A stretch of 64,000 nucleotides of DNA from Eledone cirrhosa (GCA_964016885.1 OZ024740.1:435426001-435490000), one strand, 5' to 3'. Shown: positions 11,521 through 26,662, counted from the first letter of the stretch. Notes: generated by a model from the letters alone, not told the origin. Translations and numbers: made by a program.

Positions 11521-11603
11521 ACTTGAAATCTTAATTAATATGGGACCAGTCAGGATCTCTATTTAGGTGTTCCACTTGTTGGAAATAGTAGCTAAATCTC
11601 CCT

Positions 11604-11912
11604 GTTCAGAGATTAACAGGTATTTAAGACATGTCTTAGCAATATCTTGTCTGTCACATCACAATAAATTGTTGAGATATTAACAGGCATTTAAGACATG
11701 TCCTAGCAATATCTTGTCTGTCACATCACAACAAACTGTTGAGATATTAACAGGTATTTAAGACATGTCTTAGCAATATCTTGTCTGTCACATCACAAAC
11801 TGTTGAGATATTAACAGGTATTTAAGACATGTCCTAGCAGTATCTTGTCTGTCACATCACAACAAACTGTTGAGATATTAACAGGTATTTAAGACATGTC
11901 CCAGCAGTATCT
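11604..11912. repeat. 67-bp tandem repeat (~4.5 units)
   Basis: Unit TGTTGAGATATTAACAGGTATTTAAGACATGTCCTAGCAATATCTTGTCTGTCACATCACAACAAAC. Confidence 0.92.
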
Positions 11913-12019
11913 TTATTTACTGTTACATCTTACTTTCAAAACTGCTCAAAAGACAAGAATTGGTATCATGAAAGGAATCTGGCCATAGGGAAGGAAGACT
12001 GACTCAAAAAGTCTTGTCC

Positions 12020-12073
12020 ACCCCATGCTGACATGGAAAAGTGGATGTAAAGTCAATAACGATGATGATGATG
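12020..12073 (+). mobile_element. RTE-type 3' tail remnant
   Basis: CCCATGCTGACATGGAAAAGTGGATGTAAA..(GAT)n, similar to the tails at 29620-29660 and 61126-61173. Confidence 0.65.
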
Positions 12074-12079
12074 AATGTA

Positions 12080-12127
<48 letters not shown>

Positions 12128-12380
12128 TATATATGTGTATTCGTGTGTATGTATATATATATGTGTGTGTGCATGTATGTGCATGTGTGTATTCTTTATA
12201 CAAGGGTATTTTAAAAGACTCTCCCTATTTTAGTACATGTGTGTTTGTGTGAGTGTATGCATGTGTGTGTGTTTATGTGAGTGTATGTATGTATGAGTGT
12301 ATGCATTTGTGTGTATGTATGTATGTGTGTATGCGTGTGTGTATGTATGTGTGTATGCGTGTGTGTGTGTGTATGTGTGT
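12080..12380. repeat. (TA)n/(TG)n microsatellites
   Basis: Direct inspection. Confidence 0.9.
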
Positions 12381-12623
12381 AAGTTCAATTAAACACAGAA
12401 AACTGTTTCTGATGTAAACTCAAATAGAATTGATTATTAAAGTAATTAGAGATGTCAGCCTTGAACATTTACAGTAGTTTAAAGTTTTAATTAAACATGC
12501 AATTAATTACTACAAACTTCCAAACTATAATTGACAACAACAACAACAAACCCATTCTATTAGTATTTTATTTGATTTGTATTGAGTGCTCATCTACTAG
12601 TGTGGGAAAATGGACGTTAAACA

Positions 12624-12755
12624 GTGATGGTGATAGTGATGGTGGTGATGATGGTGGTGGTGGTGGTGATGGTTGTGGTGGTGGTGATGGTGGTGATGAT
12701 AATGGTGGTGATGATGATGGTGGTGGTGATGGTGATGATGGTGGTGGTGGTGATG
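12624..12755. repeat. (GGT/GAT)n microsatellite
   Basis: Direct inspection. Confidence 0.9.
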
Positions 12756-12877
12756 CTCATATTGTGGTCATTAATTTACAATTTTAGCTGTTATGTGAGA
12801 AAATAAAATAAAGTCTAAAGTCTGTCTTGAGCTATGACGCTCATAAGTTTGGTGGTTATCACAGTTTCTATGGTGTT

Positions 12878-13030
12878 AAGAGACTGAAAGTACAACACTC
12901 CCCCTGGACAGGACGCTAGTCCATCAGAGACTGTGTGTACAACACTGCCCCTGGACAGGACCCCAGTCCATCACAAGGTTAAGAGACTGAGAGTACAACA
13001 CTCCCCCTGGACAGGACACCAGTCCATCAC
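12878..13030 (-). repeat. Three tandem ~47-58-bp copies of a SINE-like internal segment
   Basis: GAGACTG..GTACAACACT(C/G)CCCCTGGACAGGAC..AGTCCATCA x3. The reverse complement TGATGGACTGG.GTCCTGTCCAGGG resembles V-SINE-type sequence (from recall). Confidence 0.6.
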
Positions 13031-13100
13031 AAATTGCAAGCATTTAAGCCATTACCATCCTATCTTTTTCACGTTATTTATGTAAGACTATATTATTCAG

Positions 13101-15050
13101 AAGAGTGGTAGAGTGGTTAGAACGTTGGATAGAATGGTAGTGTTTAGAACGTCAGATAGAATGGTAGAGTGGTTAGAATGTTGGATAGAATGGTAGAGTG
13201 GTTAGAACGTCAGATAGAATGGTAGAGTGGTTAGAATGTTGGATAGAATGGTAGAGTGGTTAGAACGTCAGATAGAATGGTAGAGTTGTTAGAACGTCAT
13301 ATAGAATGGTAGTGGTTAAAACATCATATAGAATGGTAGTGGTTAAACGTCATATAGAATGGTAGAGTGGTTAGAACATCGGATAGAATGGTAGAGTGGT
13401 TAGAACATCGGATAGAATGGTAGAGTGGTTAGAACATCGGATAGAATGGTAGAGTGGTTAGAACGTTGGATAGAATGGTAGAGTGGTTAGAACGTTGGAT
13501 AGAATGGTAGAGTGGTTAGAATGTTGGATAGAATGGTAGAGTGGTTAGAACATTGGATAGAATGGTAGAGTTGTTAGAACGTCAGATAGAATGGTAGAGT
13601 GGTTAGAACGTCATATAGAATGGTAGAGTGGTTAGAACGTCAGATAGAATGGTAGAGTGGTTTGAACGTTGGATAGAACGGTAGATTGGTTAGAACGTTG
13701 GATAGAATGGTAGTGGTTAGAATGGTAGTGTTTAGAACGTCAGATAGAATGGTAGAGTGGTTAGAACATCGGATAGAATGGTAGAGTGGTTAGAACGTCA
13801 GATAGAATGGTAGTGGTTAGAACGTCAGATAGAATGGTAGAGCGGTTAGAACGTCGGATAGAATGGTAGAGTGGTTAGAACGTCAGATAGAATGGTAGAG
13901 TTGTTAGAACGTCATATAGAATGGTAGAGTTGTTAGAACGTCATATAGAATGGTAGAGTTGTTAGAACGTCATATAGAATGGTAGAGTTGTTAGAACGTC
14001 AGATAGAATGGTAGAGTGGTTAGAACGTCAGATAGAATGGTAGAGTGGTTAGAACGTCAGATAGAATGGTAGAGTTGTTAGAACGTCATATAGAATGGTA
14101 GAGTTGTTAGAACGTCAGATAGAATGGTAGAGTTGTTAGAACGTCAGATAGAATGGTAGAGTGGTTAGAACGTCAGATAGAATAGTAGAGTTGTTAGAAT
14201 GTCATATAGAATGGTAGAGTGGTTAGAACGTCAGATAGAATGGTAGAGTGGTTAGAACGTCGGATAGAATGGTAGAGTGGTTAGAACGTCAGATAGAATA
14301 GTAGAGTTGTTAGAATGTCATATAGAATGGTAGAGTGGTTAGAACGTCAGATAGAATGGTAGAGTGGTTAGAACGTCAGATAGAATGGTAGAGTGGTTAG
14401 AACGTCAGATAGAATAGTAGAGTTGTTAGAATGTCATATAGAATGGTAGAGTGGTTAGAACGTCAGATAGAATGGTAGAGTGGTTAGAACGTCAGATAGA
14501 ATGGTAGAGTGGTTAGAACGTCAGATAGAATGGTAGAGTGGTTAGAACGTCAGATAGAATGGTAGAGTGGTTAGAACGTCAGATAGAATGGTAGAGTGGT
14601 TAGAACGTCAGATAGAATGGTAGAGTAGTTAGAACGTCGGATAGAATGGTAGAGTGGTTAGAACGTCGGATAGAATGGTAGAGTGGTTAGAACGTCAGAT
14701 AGAATGGTAGAGTTGTTAGAACGTCATATAGAATGGTAGAGTTGTTAGAACGTCAGATAGAATGGTAGAGTGGTTAGAACGTCAGATAGAATGGTAGAGT
14801 GGTTAGAACGTCAGATAGAATAGTAGAGTTGTTAGAATGTCATATAGAATGGTAGAGTGGTTAGAACGTCAGATAGAATGGTAGAGTGGTTAGAACGTCG
14901 GATAGAATGGTAGAGTGGTTAGAACGTCAGATAGAATAGTAGAGTTGTTAGAATGTCATATAGAATGGTAGAGTGGTTAGAACGTCAGATAGAATGGTAG
15001 AGTGGTTAGAACGTCAGATAGAATGGTACAGTGGTTAGAACGTCAGATAG
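13101..15050 (+). repeat. 29-bp minisatellite (~67 units) resembling a tRNA/SINE A-box head
   Basis: Unit AGAATGGTAGAGTGGTTAGAACGTC(A/G)GAT. Confidence 0.95.
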
Positions 15051-15229
15051 AGGCATCTTTTAAAATAACAAAACAAGAAAGTTGCATATCTCTGTCTACA
15101 CCCCCCCCCCCCCCCCCCCCTTCACACACATATACACACCAGAGAGTATACAATATGTGACTTGCTGTGTGTGTATGTGAACCAACCTGCACTCATGACT
15201 CCAGATAAACCAACCCACCCTCCGAACAT

Positions 15230-18200
15230 GGACCACAACAGCAACATAGTGGGGTAGACAGACATTATCAGGCTACAGCTGCCATATTATATAGTTTCTA
15301 TAACAGGACCACAACAGTCACCAAATGGGGAAGACAGACATTATCAGGCTACAGCTGTCATATTATATAGTTTCTACAACAGACCACAACAGTCACCAAA
15401 TGGGGAAGACAGACATTATCAGGCTACAGCTGCAATATTATATAGTTTCTACAACAGACCACAACAGTCACCAAATGGGGAAGACAGACATTATCAGGCT
15501 ACAGCTGCCATATTACATAGTTTCTACAACAGACCACAACAGTCACCAAATGGGGAAGACAGACATTATCAGGCTACAGCTGCCATATTAAATAGTTTCT
15601 ACAACAGACCACAACAGTCACCAAATGGGGAAGACAGACATTATCAGGCTACAGCTGCCATATTATATATTTTCTACAACAGACCACAACAGTCACCAAA
15701 TGGGGAAGACAGACATTATCAGGCTACAGCTGCCATATTAAATAGTTTCTACAACAGACCACAACAGTCACCAAATGGGGAAGACAGACATTATCAGGCT
15801 ACAGCTGCCATATTATATAGTTTCTACAACAGACCACAACAGTCACCAAATGGGGAAGACAGACATTATCAGGCTACAGCTGGCATATTACATAGTTTAT
15901 ACAACAGACCACAACAGCAACATAGTGGGGGAGACAGACATTATCAGGCTACAGCTGCCATATTACATAGTTTATACAACAGACCACAACAGTCACCAAA
16001 TGGGGAAGACAGACATTATCAGGCTACAGCTGTCATATTACATAGTTTATACAACAGACCACAACAGTCACCTAGTGGGGAAGACAGACATAATCAGGCT
16101 ACAGCTGCCATATTACATAGTTTATACAACAGACCACAACAGTCACCAAATGGGGGAGACAGATATTATCAGGCTACAGCTGACATATTACATAGTTTAT
16201 ACAACAGACCACAACAGTCACCTAGTGGGGAAGACAGACATTATCAGGCTACAGCTGCCATATTACATAGTTTATACAACAGACCACAACAGTCACCAAA
16301 TGGGGGAGACAGATATTATCAGGCTACAGCTGACATATTACATAGTTTATACAACAGACCACAACAGTCACCAAATGGGGGAGACAGATATTATCAGGCT
16401 ACAGCTGACATATTACATAGTTTATACAACAGACCACAACAGTCACCTAGTGGGGAAGACAGACATTATCAGGCTACAGCTGCCATATTACATAGTTTAT
16501 ACAACAGACCACAACAGTCACCAAATGGGGGAGACAGATATTATCAGGCTACAGCTGCCATATTACATAGTTTATACAACAGACCACAACAGTCACCAAA
16601 TGGGGGAGACAGATATTATCAGGCTACAGCTGACATATTACATAGTTTATACAACAGACCACAACAGTCACCAAATGGGGGAGACAGATATTATCAGGCT
16701 ACAGCTGACATATTACATAGTTTATACAACAGACCACAACAGTCACCTAGTGGGGAAGACAGACATTATCAGGCTACAGCTGCCATATTACATAGTTTAT
16801 ACAACAGACCACAACAGTCACCAAATGGGGGAGACAGATATTATCAGGCTACAGCTGACATATTACATAGTTTATACAACAGACCACAACAGTCACCTAG
16901 TGGGGAAGACAGACATTATCAGGCTACAGCTGCCATATTATATAGTTTATACAACTGACCACAACAGTCACCTAGTGGGGAAGACAGACATTATCAGGCT
17001 ACAGCTGCCATATTACATAGTTTATACAACAGACCACAACAGCAACATAGTGGGGAAGACAGACATTATCAGGCTACAGCTGTCATATTACATAGTTTCT
17101 ATAACAGGACCACAACAGTCACCAAATGGGGAGACAGACATTATCAGGCTACAGCTGTAATATATAGTTTCTACAACAGACCACAACAGTCACCTAATGG
17201 GGAACACAGACATTATCAGGCTACAGCTGCCATATTATATAGTTTCTATAACAGACCACAATAGTCACCAAATGGGGAAGACAGACATTATCAGGATACA
17301 GCTGTCATATTATATAGTTTCTACAACAGACCACAACAGTAACCAAATGGGGAAGACAGACATTATCAGGCTACAGCTGTCATATTATATAGTTTCTACA
17401 ACAGACCACAACAGTCACCTAGTGGGGAAGACAGACATTATCAGGCTACAGCTGCCATCTACATAGTTTATACAACAGACCGCAACAGTCACCTAGTGGG
17501 GAAGACAGACATTATCAGGCTACAGCTGTAATATATAGTTTCTACAACAGACCACAACAGTCACCTAATGGGGAACACAGACATTATCAGGCTACAGCTG
17601 CCATATTATATAGTTTCTATAACAGACCACAATAGTCACCAAATGGGGAAGACAGACATTATCAGGCTACAGCTGTCATATATAGTTTCTACAACAGGAC
17701 CACAACAGTCACCAAATGGGGAAGACAGACATTATCAGGCTACAGCTGTCATATTATATAGTTTCTACAACAGACCACAACAGTCACCTAATGGGGAAGA
17801 CAGACATTATCAGGCTACAGCTGACATATTATATAGTTTCTATAACAGACCACAACAGTCACCAAATGGGGAAGACAGACATTATCAGGCTACAGCTGTC
17901 ATACTATATAGTTTCTACGACAGACCACAACAGTCACCAAATGGGGAAGACAGACATTATCAGGCTACAGCTGTCATATTATATAGTTTCTACAACAGAC
18001 CACAACAGTCACCTAATGGGGAAGACAGACATTATCAGGCTACAGCTGTCATATTATATAGTTTCTACAGCACACCACAACAGTCACCTAATGGGGAAGA
18101 CAGACATTATATTATATAGTTTCTACAACAGACCACAACAGTCACCAAATGAGGAAGACAGACATTATCAGGCTACAGCTGCCATATTATATAGTTTCTA

Positions 18201-21200
18201 TAACAGGACCACAACAGTCACCAAATGGGGAAGACAGACATTATCAGGCTACAGCTGCCATATTATATAGTTTCTACAACAGACCACAACAGTCACCTAG
18301 TGGGGAAGACAGACATTATCAGGCTACAGCTGTCATATTATATAGTTTCTACAACAGACCACAACAGTCACCAAATGGGCAAGACAGACATTATCAGGCT
18401 ACAGCTGTCATATTATATAGTTTCTACAACAGACCACAACAGTCACCAAATGGGCAAGACAGACATTATCAGGCTACAGCTGTCATATTACATAGTTTAT
18501 ACAACAGACCACAACAGTCACCTAGTGGGGAAGACAGACATTATCAGGCTACAGCTGCCATCTACATAGTTTATACAACAGACCGCAACAGTCACCTAGT
18601 GGGGAAGACAGACATTATCAGGCTACAGCTGCCATATTATATAGTTTCTATAACAGGACCACAACAGTCACCAATTGGGGAAGACAGACATTATCAGGCT
18701 ACAGCTGCCATATTATATAGTTTCTACAACAAACCAGAACAGTCACCTAGTGGGGAAGACAGACATTATCAGGCTACAGCTGTCATATTATATAGTGTCT
18801 GCAACAGACCACAACAGTCACCTAATAGGGAAGACAGACATTATCAGGCTACAGCTATTATATATAGTTTCTACAACAGACCACAACAGTCACCAAATGG
18901 GGAAGACAGACATTATCAGGCTACAGCTGCCATATTATATAGTTTCTATAACAGGACCACAACAGTCACCAAATGGGGAAGACAGACATTATCAGGCTAC
19001 AGCTGTCATATTACATAGTTTCTACAACAGACCACAACAGTCACCAAATGGGGAAGACAGACATTATCAGGCTACAGCTGTCATATTATATAGTTTCTAC
19101 AACAGACCACAACAGTCACCAAATGGGGAAGACAGACATTATCAGGCTACAGCTGTCATATTACATAGTTTCTACAACAGACCACAACAGTCACCAAATG
19201 GGGAAGACAGACATTATCAGGCTACAGCTGCCATATTATATAGTTTCTACAACAGACCAGAACAGTCACCTAGTGGGGAAGACAGACATTATCAGGCTAC
19301 AGCTGTCATATTATATAGTTTCTGCAACAGACCACAACAGTCACCTAATAGGGAAGACAGACATTATCAGGCTACAGCTATCATATATAGTTTCTACAAC
19401 AGACCACAACAGTCACCAAATGGGGAAGACAGACATTATCAGGCTACAGCTGCCATATTATATAGTTTCTATAACAGGACCACAACAGTCACCAAATGGG
19501 GAAGACAGACATTATCAGGCTACAGCTGCCATATTATATAGTTTCTATAACAGACCACAACAGTCACCAAATGGGGAAGACAGACATTATCAGGCTACAG
19601 CTGTCATATTATATAGTTTCTACAACAGACCACAACAGTCACCAAATGGGGAAGACAGACATTATCAGGCTACAGCTGTCATATTACATAGTTTCTACAA
19701 CAGACCACAACAGTCACCAAATGGGGAAGACAGACATTATCAGGCTACAGCTGTCATATTATATAGTTTCTACAACAGACCACAACAGTCACCTACTGGG
19801 GAAGATAGACATTATCAGGCTACAGCTATCATATTATATAGTTTCTACAACAGACCACAACAGTCACCAAATGGGGAAGACGGACATTATCAGGCTACAG
19901 CTGCCATATTACATAGTTTCTATAACAGGACCACAACAGTCACCAAATGGGCAAGACAGACATTATCAGGCTACAGCTGTCATATTATATAGTTTCTACA
20001 ACAGACCACAACAGTCACCAAATGGGGAAGACAGACATGATCAGGCAACGGCTGCCATATTATATAGTTTCTACAACAGACCACAACAGTCACCAAATGG
20101 GGAAGACAGACATTATCAGGCTACAGCTTCCATTTAACATAGTTTCTATAACAGGACCACAACAGTCACCAAATGGGCAAGACAGACATTATCAGGCTAC
20201 AGCTGCCATATTATATAGTTTTTGTAACAGGACCACAACAGTCACCAAATGGGGAAGACAGACATTATCAGGCTACAGCTGTCATATTATATAGTTTCTA
20301 CAACAGACCACAACAGTCACCTAATGGGGACGACAGACATTATCAGGCTACAGCTGTCATATTACATAGTTTCTACAACAGACCACAACAGTCACCAAAT
20401 GGGGAAGACAGACATTATCAGGTTACAGCTGCCATATTATATAGTTTCTACAACAGACCACAACAGTCACCAAATGGGGAAGACAGACATGATCAGGCTA
20501 CAGCTGCCATATTATATAGTTTCTACAACAGACCACAACAGTCACCAAATGGGCAAGACAGACATTATCAGGCTACAGCTGCCATATTACATAGTTTCTA
20601 TAACAGACCACAACAGTCACCAAATGGGGAAGACAGACATTATCAGGCTACAGCTGTCATATTATATAGTTTCTACAACAGAACACAACAGTCACCTAGT
20701 GGGGAAGACAGACATTATCAGGCTACAGCTGTCATATTAAATAGTTTCTACAACAGTCACCAAATGGGGAAGACAGACATTATCAGGTTACAGCTGCCAT
20801 ATTACATAGTTTCTACAACAGACCACAACAGTCACCAAATGGGGAAGACAGACGTTATCAGGCTAGAGCTGTCATATTACATAGTTTATACAACAGACCA
20901 CAACAGTCACCTAGTGGGGCAGACAGACATTATCAGGCTACAGCTGCAATATTACATAGTTTATACAACAGACCACAACAGCAACACAGTGGGGGAGACA
21001 GACATTATCAGGCTACAGCTGCCATATTACATAGTTTATACAACAGACCACAACAGTCACCTAGTGGGGAAGACAGACATTATCGGGCTACAGCTGCAAT
21101 ATTACATAGTTTATATAACAGACCACAACAGCAACAGAGTGGGGGAGACAGAGATTATCAGGCTACAGCTGCCATATTACATAGTTTATACAACAGACCA

Positions 21201-24200
21201 CAACAGTCACCAAATGGGGAAGACAGACATTATCAGGCTACAGCTGCCATAATATATAGTTTCTACAACAGACCACAACAGTCACCTAGTGGGGAAGACA
21301 GACATTATCAGGCTACAGCTGCCATATTATATAGTTTCTATAACAGGACCACAACAGTCACCAAATGGAGAAGACAGACATTATCAGTCTACAGCTGTCA
21401 TATTATATAGTTTCTATAACAGGACCACAAGAGTCACCTAGTGGGGAAGACAGACATGATCAGGCTACAGCTGTAATATATAGTTTCTACAACAGACCAC
21501 AACAGTCACCAAATGGGGAAGACAGACATTATCAGGCTACAGCTGTCATATTATATAGTTTATACAACTGACCACAACAGTCACCAAATGGGGAAGACAG
21601 ACATTATCAGGCTACAGCTGTCATATTATATAGTTTCTACAACAGACCACAACAGTCACCAAATGGGCAAGACAGACATTATCAGGCTACAGCTGTCATA
21701 TTACATAGTTTATACAACAGACCACAACAGTCACCAAATGGGGAAGACAGACATGATCAGGCTACAGCTGCCATATTACATAGTTTATGCAACAGACTAC
21801 AACAGTCACCTAGTGGGAAGACAGACATTATCAGGCTACAGCTGCCATCTACATAGTTTATACAACAGACCGCAACAGTCACCTAGTGGGGAAGACAGAC
21901 ATTATCAGGCTACAGCTGTAATATATAGTTTCGACAACAGACCACAACAGTCACCTAATGGGGAACACAGACATTATCAGGCTACAGCTGCCATATTATA
22001 TAGTTTCTATAACAGACCACAATAGTCACCAAATGGGGAAGACAGACATTATCAGGCTACAGCTGTCATATTATATAGTTTCTACAACAGGACCACAACA
22101 GTCACCAAATGGGGAAGACAGACATGATCAGGCTACAGCTGCCATAATATATAGTTTCTATAACAGGACCACAACAGTCACCAAATGGGGGAGACAGATA
22201 TTATCAGGCTACAGCTGCCATATTACATAGTTTATACAACAGACCACAACAGTCACCTAGTGGGGAAGACAGACATTATCAGGCTACAGCTGCCATATTA
22301 TATAGTTTATACAACAGACCACAACAGTCACCTAGTGGGGAAGACAGACATTATCAGGCTACAGCTGCCATCTACATAGTTTATACAACAGACCGCAACA
22401 GTCACCTAGTGGGGAAGACAGACATTATCAGGCTACAGCTGTAATATATAGTTTCTACAACACACCACAACAGTCACCTAATGGGGAACACAGACATTAT
22501 CAGGCTACAGCTGTCATATTATATAGTTTCTACAACAGACCACAACAGTCACCTACTGGGGAAGACAGACATTATCAGGCTACAGCTATCATATTATATA
22601 GTTTCTACAACAGACCACAACAGTCACCAAATGGGGAAGACGGACATTATCAGGCTACAGCTGCCATATTACATAGTTTCTATAACAGGACCACAACAGT
22701 CACCAAATGGGGAAGACAGACATTATCAGGCTACAGCTGTCATATTATATAGTTTCTACAACAGACCACAACAGTCACCAAATGGGGAAGACAGACATGA
22801 TCAGGCTACGGCTGCCATATTATATAGTTTCTACAACAGACCACAACAGTCACCAAATGGGGAAGACAGACATTATCAGGCTACAGCTTCCATATTACAT
22901 AGTTTCTATAACAGGACCACAACAGTCACCAAATGGGCAAGACAGACATTATCAGGCTACAGCTGCCATATTATATAGTTTTTGTAACAGGACCACAACA
23001 GTCACCAAATGGGGAAGACAGACATTATCAGGCTACAGCTGTCATATTATATAGTTTCTACAACAGACCACAACAGTCACCTAATGGGGAAGACAGACAT
23101 TATCAGGCTACAGCTGTCATATTACATAGTTTCTACAACAGACCACAACAGTCACCAAATGGGGAAGACAGACATTATCAGGTTACAGCTGCCATATTAT
23201 ATAGTTTCTACAACAGACCACAACAGTCACCAAATGGGGAAGACAGACATGATCAGGCTACAGCTGCCATATTACATAGTTTCTACAACAGACCACAACA
23301 GTCACCAAATGGGGAAGACAGACATTATCAGGCTACAGCTGTCATATTACATAGTTTATACAACAGACCACAACAGTCACCTAGTGGGGCAGACAGACAT
23401 TATCAGTCTACAGCTGTCATATTATATAGTTTCTATAACAGGACCACAAGAGTCACCTAGTGGGGAAGACAGACATGATCAGGCTACAGCTGTAATATAT
23501 AGTTTCTACAACAGACCACAACAGTCACCAAATGGGGAAGACAGACATTATCAGGCTACAGCTGCCATATTATATAGTTTCTATAACAGGACCACAACAG
23601 TCACCAAATGGAGAAGACAGACATTATCAGTCTACAGCTGTCATATTATATAGTTTCTATAACAGGACCACAAGAGTCACCTAGTGGGGCAGACAGACAT
23701 GATCAGGCTACAGCTGTAATATATAGTTTCTACAACAGACCACAACAGTCACCAAATGGGGAAGACAGACATTATAAGGCTACAGCTGTCATATTATATA
23801 GTTTATACAACTGACCACAACAGTCACCAAATGGGGAAGACAGACATTATCAGGCTACAGCTGTCATATTATATAGTTTCTACAACAGACCACAACAGTC
23901 ACCTAGTGGGGAAGACAGACATGATCAGGCTACAGCTGTCATATTATATAGTTTCTACAACAGACCACAACAGTCACCAAATGGGCAAGACAGACATTAT
24001 CAGGCTACAGCTGTCATATTATATAGTTTCTACAACAGACCACAACAGTCACCAAATGGGCAAGACAGACATTATCAGGCTACAGCTGTCATATTACATA
24101 GTTTATACAACAGACCACAACAGTCACCAAATGGGGAAGACAGACATGATCAGGCTACAGCTGCCATATTACATAGTTTATGCAACAGACTACAACAGTC

Positions 24201-26337
24201 ACCTAGTGGGGAAGACAGACATTATCAGGCTACAGCTGCCATCTACATAGTTTATACAACAGACCGCAACAGTCACCTAGTGGGGAAGACAGACATTATC
24301 AGGCTACAGCTGTAATATATAGTTTCGACAACAGACCACAACAGTCACCTAATGGGGAACACAGACATTATCAGGCTACAGCTGCCATATTATATAGTTT
24401 CTATAACAGACCACAATAGTCACCAAATGGGGAAGACAGACATTATCAGGCTACAGCTGTCATATTATATAGTTTCTACAACAGGACCACAACAGTCACC
24501 AAATGGGGAAGACAGGCATTATCAGGCTACAGCTGCCATATTATATAGTTTCTATAACAGGACCACAACAGTCACCAAATGGGGGAGACAGATATTATCA
24601 GGCTACAGCTGCCATATTACAAAGTTTATACAACAGACCACAACAGTCACCTAGTGGGGAAGACAGACATTATCAGGCTACAGCTGCCATATTATATAGT
24701 TTATACAACAGACCACAACAGTCACCTAGTGGGGAAGACAGACATTATCAGGCTACAGCTGCCATCTACATAGTTTATACAACAGACCGCAACAGTCACC
24801 TAGTGGGGAAGACAGACATTATCAGGCTACAGCTGTAATATATAGTTTCTACAACACACCACAACAGTCACCTAATGGGGAACACAGACATTATCAGGCT
24901 ACAGCTGTCATATTATATAGTTTCTACAACAGACCACAACAGTCACCTACTGGGGAAGACAGACATTATCAGGCTACAGCTATCATATTATATAGTTTCT
25001 ACAACAGACCACAACAGTCACCAAATGGGGAAGACAGACATTATCAGGCTACAGCTGCCATATTATATAGTTTCTATAACAGGACCACAACAGTCACCAA
25101 ATGGGGAAGACGGACATTATCAGGCTACAGCTGCCATATTACATAGTTTCTATAACAGGACCACAACAGTCACCAAATGGGCAAGACAGACATTATCAGG
25201 CTACAGCTGTCATATTATATAGTTTCTACAACAGACCACAACAGTCACCAAATGGGGAAGACAGACATGATCAGGCTACAGCTGCCATATTATATAGTTT
25301 CTATAACAGACCACAACAGTCACCAAATGGGGAAGACAGACATTATCAGGCTACAGCTGCCATATTATATAGTTTCTACAACAGACCACAACAGTCACCA
25401 AATGGGGAATACAGACATGATCAGGCTACAGCTGCCATATTATATAGTTTCTACAACAGACCACAACAGTCACCAAATGGGGAAGACAGACATTATCAGG
25501 CTACAGCTGCCATATTACATAGTTTCTATAACAGGACCACAACAGTCACCAAATGGGGAAGACAGACATTATCAGGCCACAGCTGCCATATTATATAGTT
25601 TCTATAACAGACCACAACAGTCACCAAATGGGGAAGACAGACATTATCAGGCTACAGCTGTCATATTATATAGTTTCTACAACAGACCACAACAGTCACC
25701 TAGTGGGGAAGACAGACATTATCAGGCTACAGCTGTCATATTACATAGTTTCTACAACAGACCACAACAGTCACCAAATGGGGAAGACAGACATTATCAG
25801 GTTACAGCTGCCATATTATATAGTTTCTACAACAGACCACAACAGTCACCAAATGGGGAAGACAGACATTATCAGGCTACAGCTGTCATATTATATAGTT
25901 TCTCCAACAGACCACAACAGTCACCAAATGGGGAAGACAGACATTATCAGGCTACAGCTGTCATATTATATAGTTTCTACAACAGACCACAACAGTCACC
26001 AAATGGAGAAGACAGACATTATCAGGCTACAGCTGTCATATTATTTAGTTTCTCCAACAGACCACAACAGTCACCAAATGGGGAAGACAGACATTATCAG
26101 GCTACAGCTGTCATATTATATAGTTTCTACAACAGACCACAACAGTCACCTAGTGGGGAAGACAGACATTATCAGGCTACAGCAGTCATATTATATAGTT
26201 TCTATAACAGACCACAACAGTCACCAAGTGGGGAGGACAGACATTATCAGGCTACAGCTGTCATATTATATAGTTTCTACAACAGACCACAACAGTCACC
26301 TAATGGGGAAGACAGACATTATCAGGCTACAGCTGTC
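15230..26337. repeat. 75-bp satellite (~148 units) with higher-order blocks
   Basis: Unit GACCACAACAGTCACCAAATGGGGAAGACAGACATTATCAGGCTACAGCTG(C/T)CATATTATATAGTTTCTACAACA, with recurrent +1/-3 length variants. Confidence 0.98.
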
Positions 26338-26504
26338 GGCTGAAAGGGTCATAGGCTGACCAAGATACTCTCATGGAGTGACCACATGAGGTTTAATCGT
26401 CAACATAGTCCCTGGAAAAGAATTGAAATAAATGTATATAAGATTTCACAGCTCTAGCATCACTCTTTCATAGTCAGCCTATGAACTCTTCTGCTGTCCT
26501 CGTA
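26337..26504. mobile_element. Tc1/mariner-type MITE remnant
   Basis: Inverted repeats GCTGAAAGGGTCATAGGCTGAC (26339-26360) and GTCAGCCTATGAACTCTTCTGC (26473-26494). The right end ..CCTCG-TA is mariner-like; the left tip is replaced by satellite. Confidence 0.7.
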
Positions 26505-26662
26505 TTTGTCTTAAAAATAGAAGTTTACAGAGAGGATGCCCTCTGGCTCTGTATTGTTGGTTAATCCCTACAAATATTTGGGCCTTTCAAAATAGGGACC
26601 CAGTAGCTGGGATTAGACAACAAAAGACCAATGTAGAGTTTGTTGTTCTTATTGTTTAATTT

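Noticed and set aside
13101-15050. CRISPR-like array (also considered for the 45- and 75-bp repeats)
   Set aside because: Head-to-tail units with no unique spacers, no cas genes, eukaryotic context.
15325-26359. MGKTDIIRLQL repeat ORFs
   Set aside because: 75-bp satellite with frequent frameshifting indels and stops.
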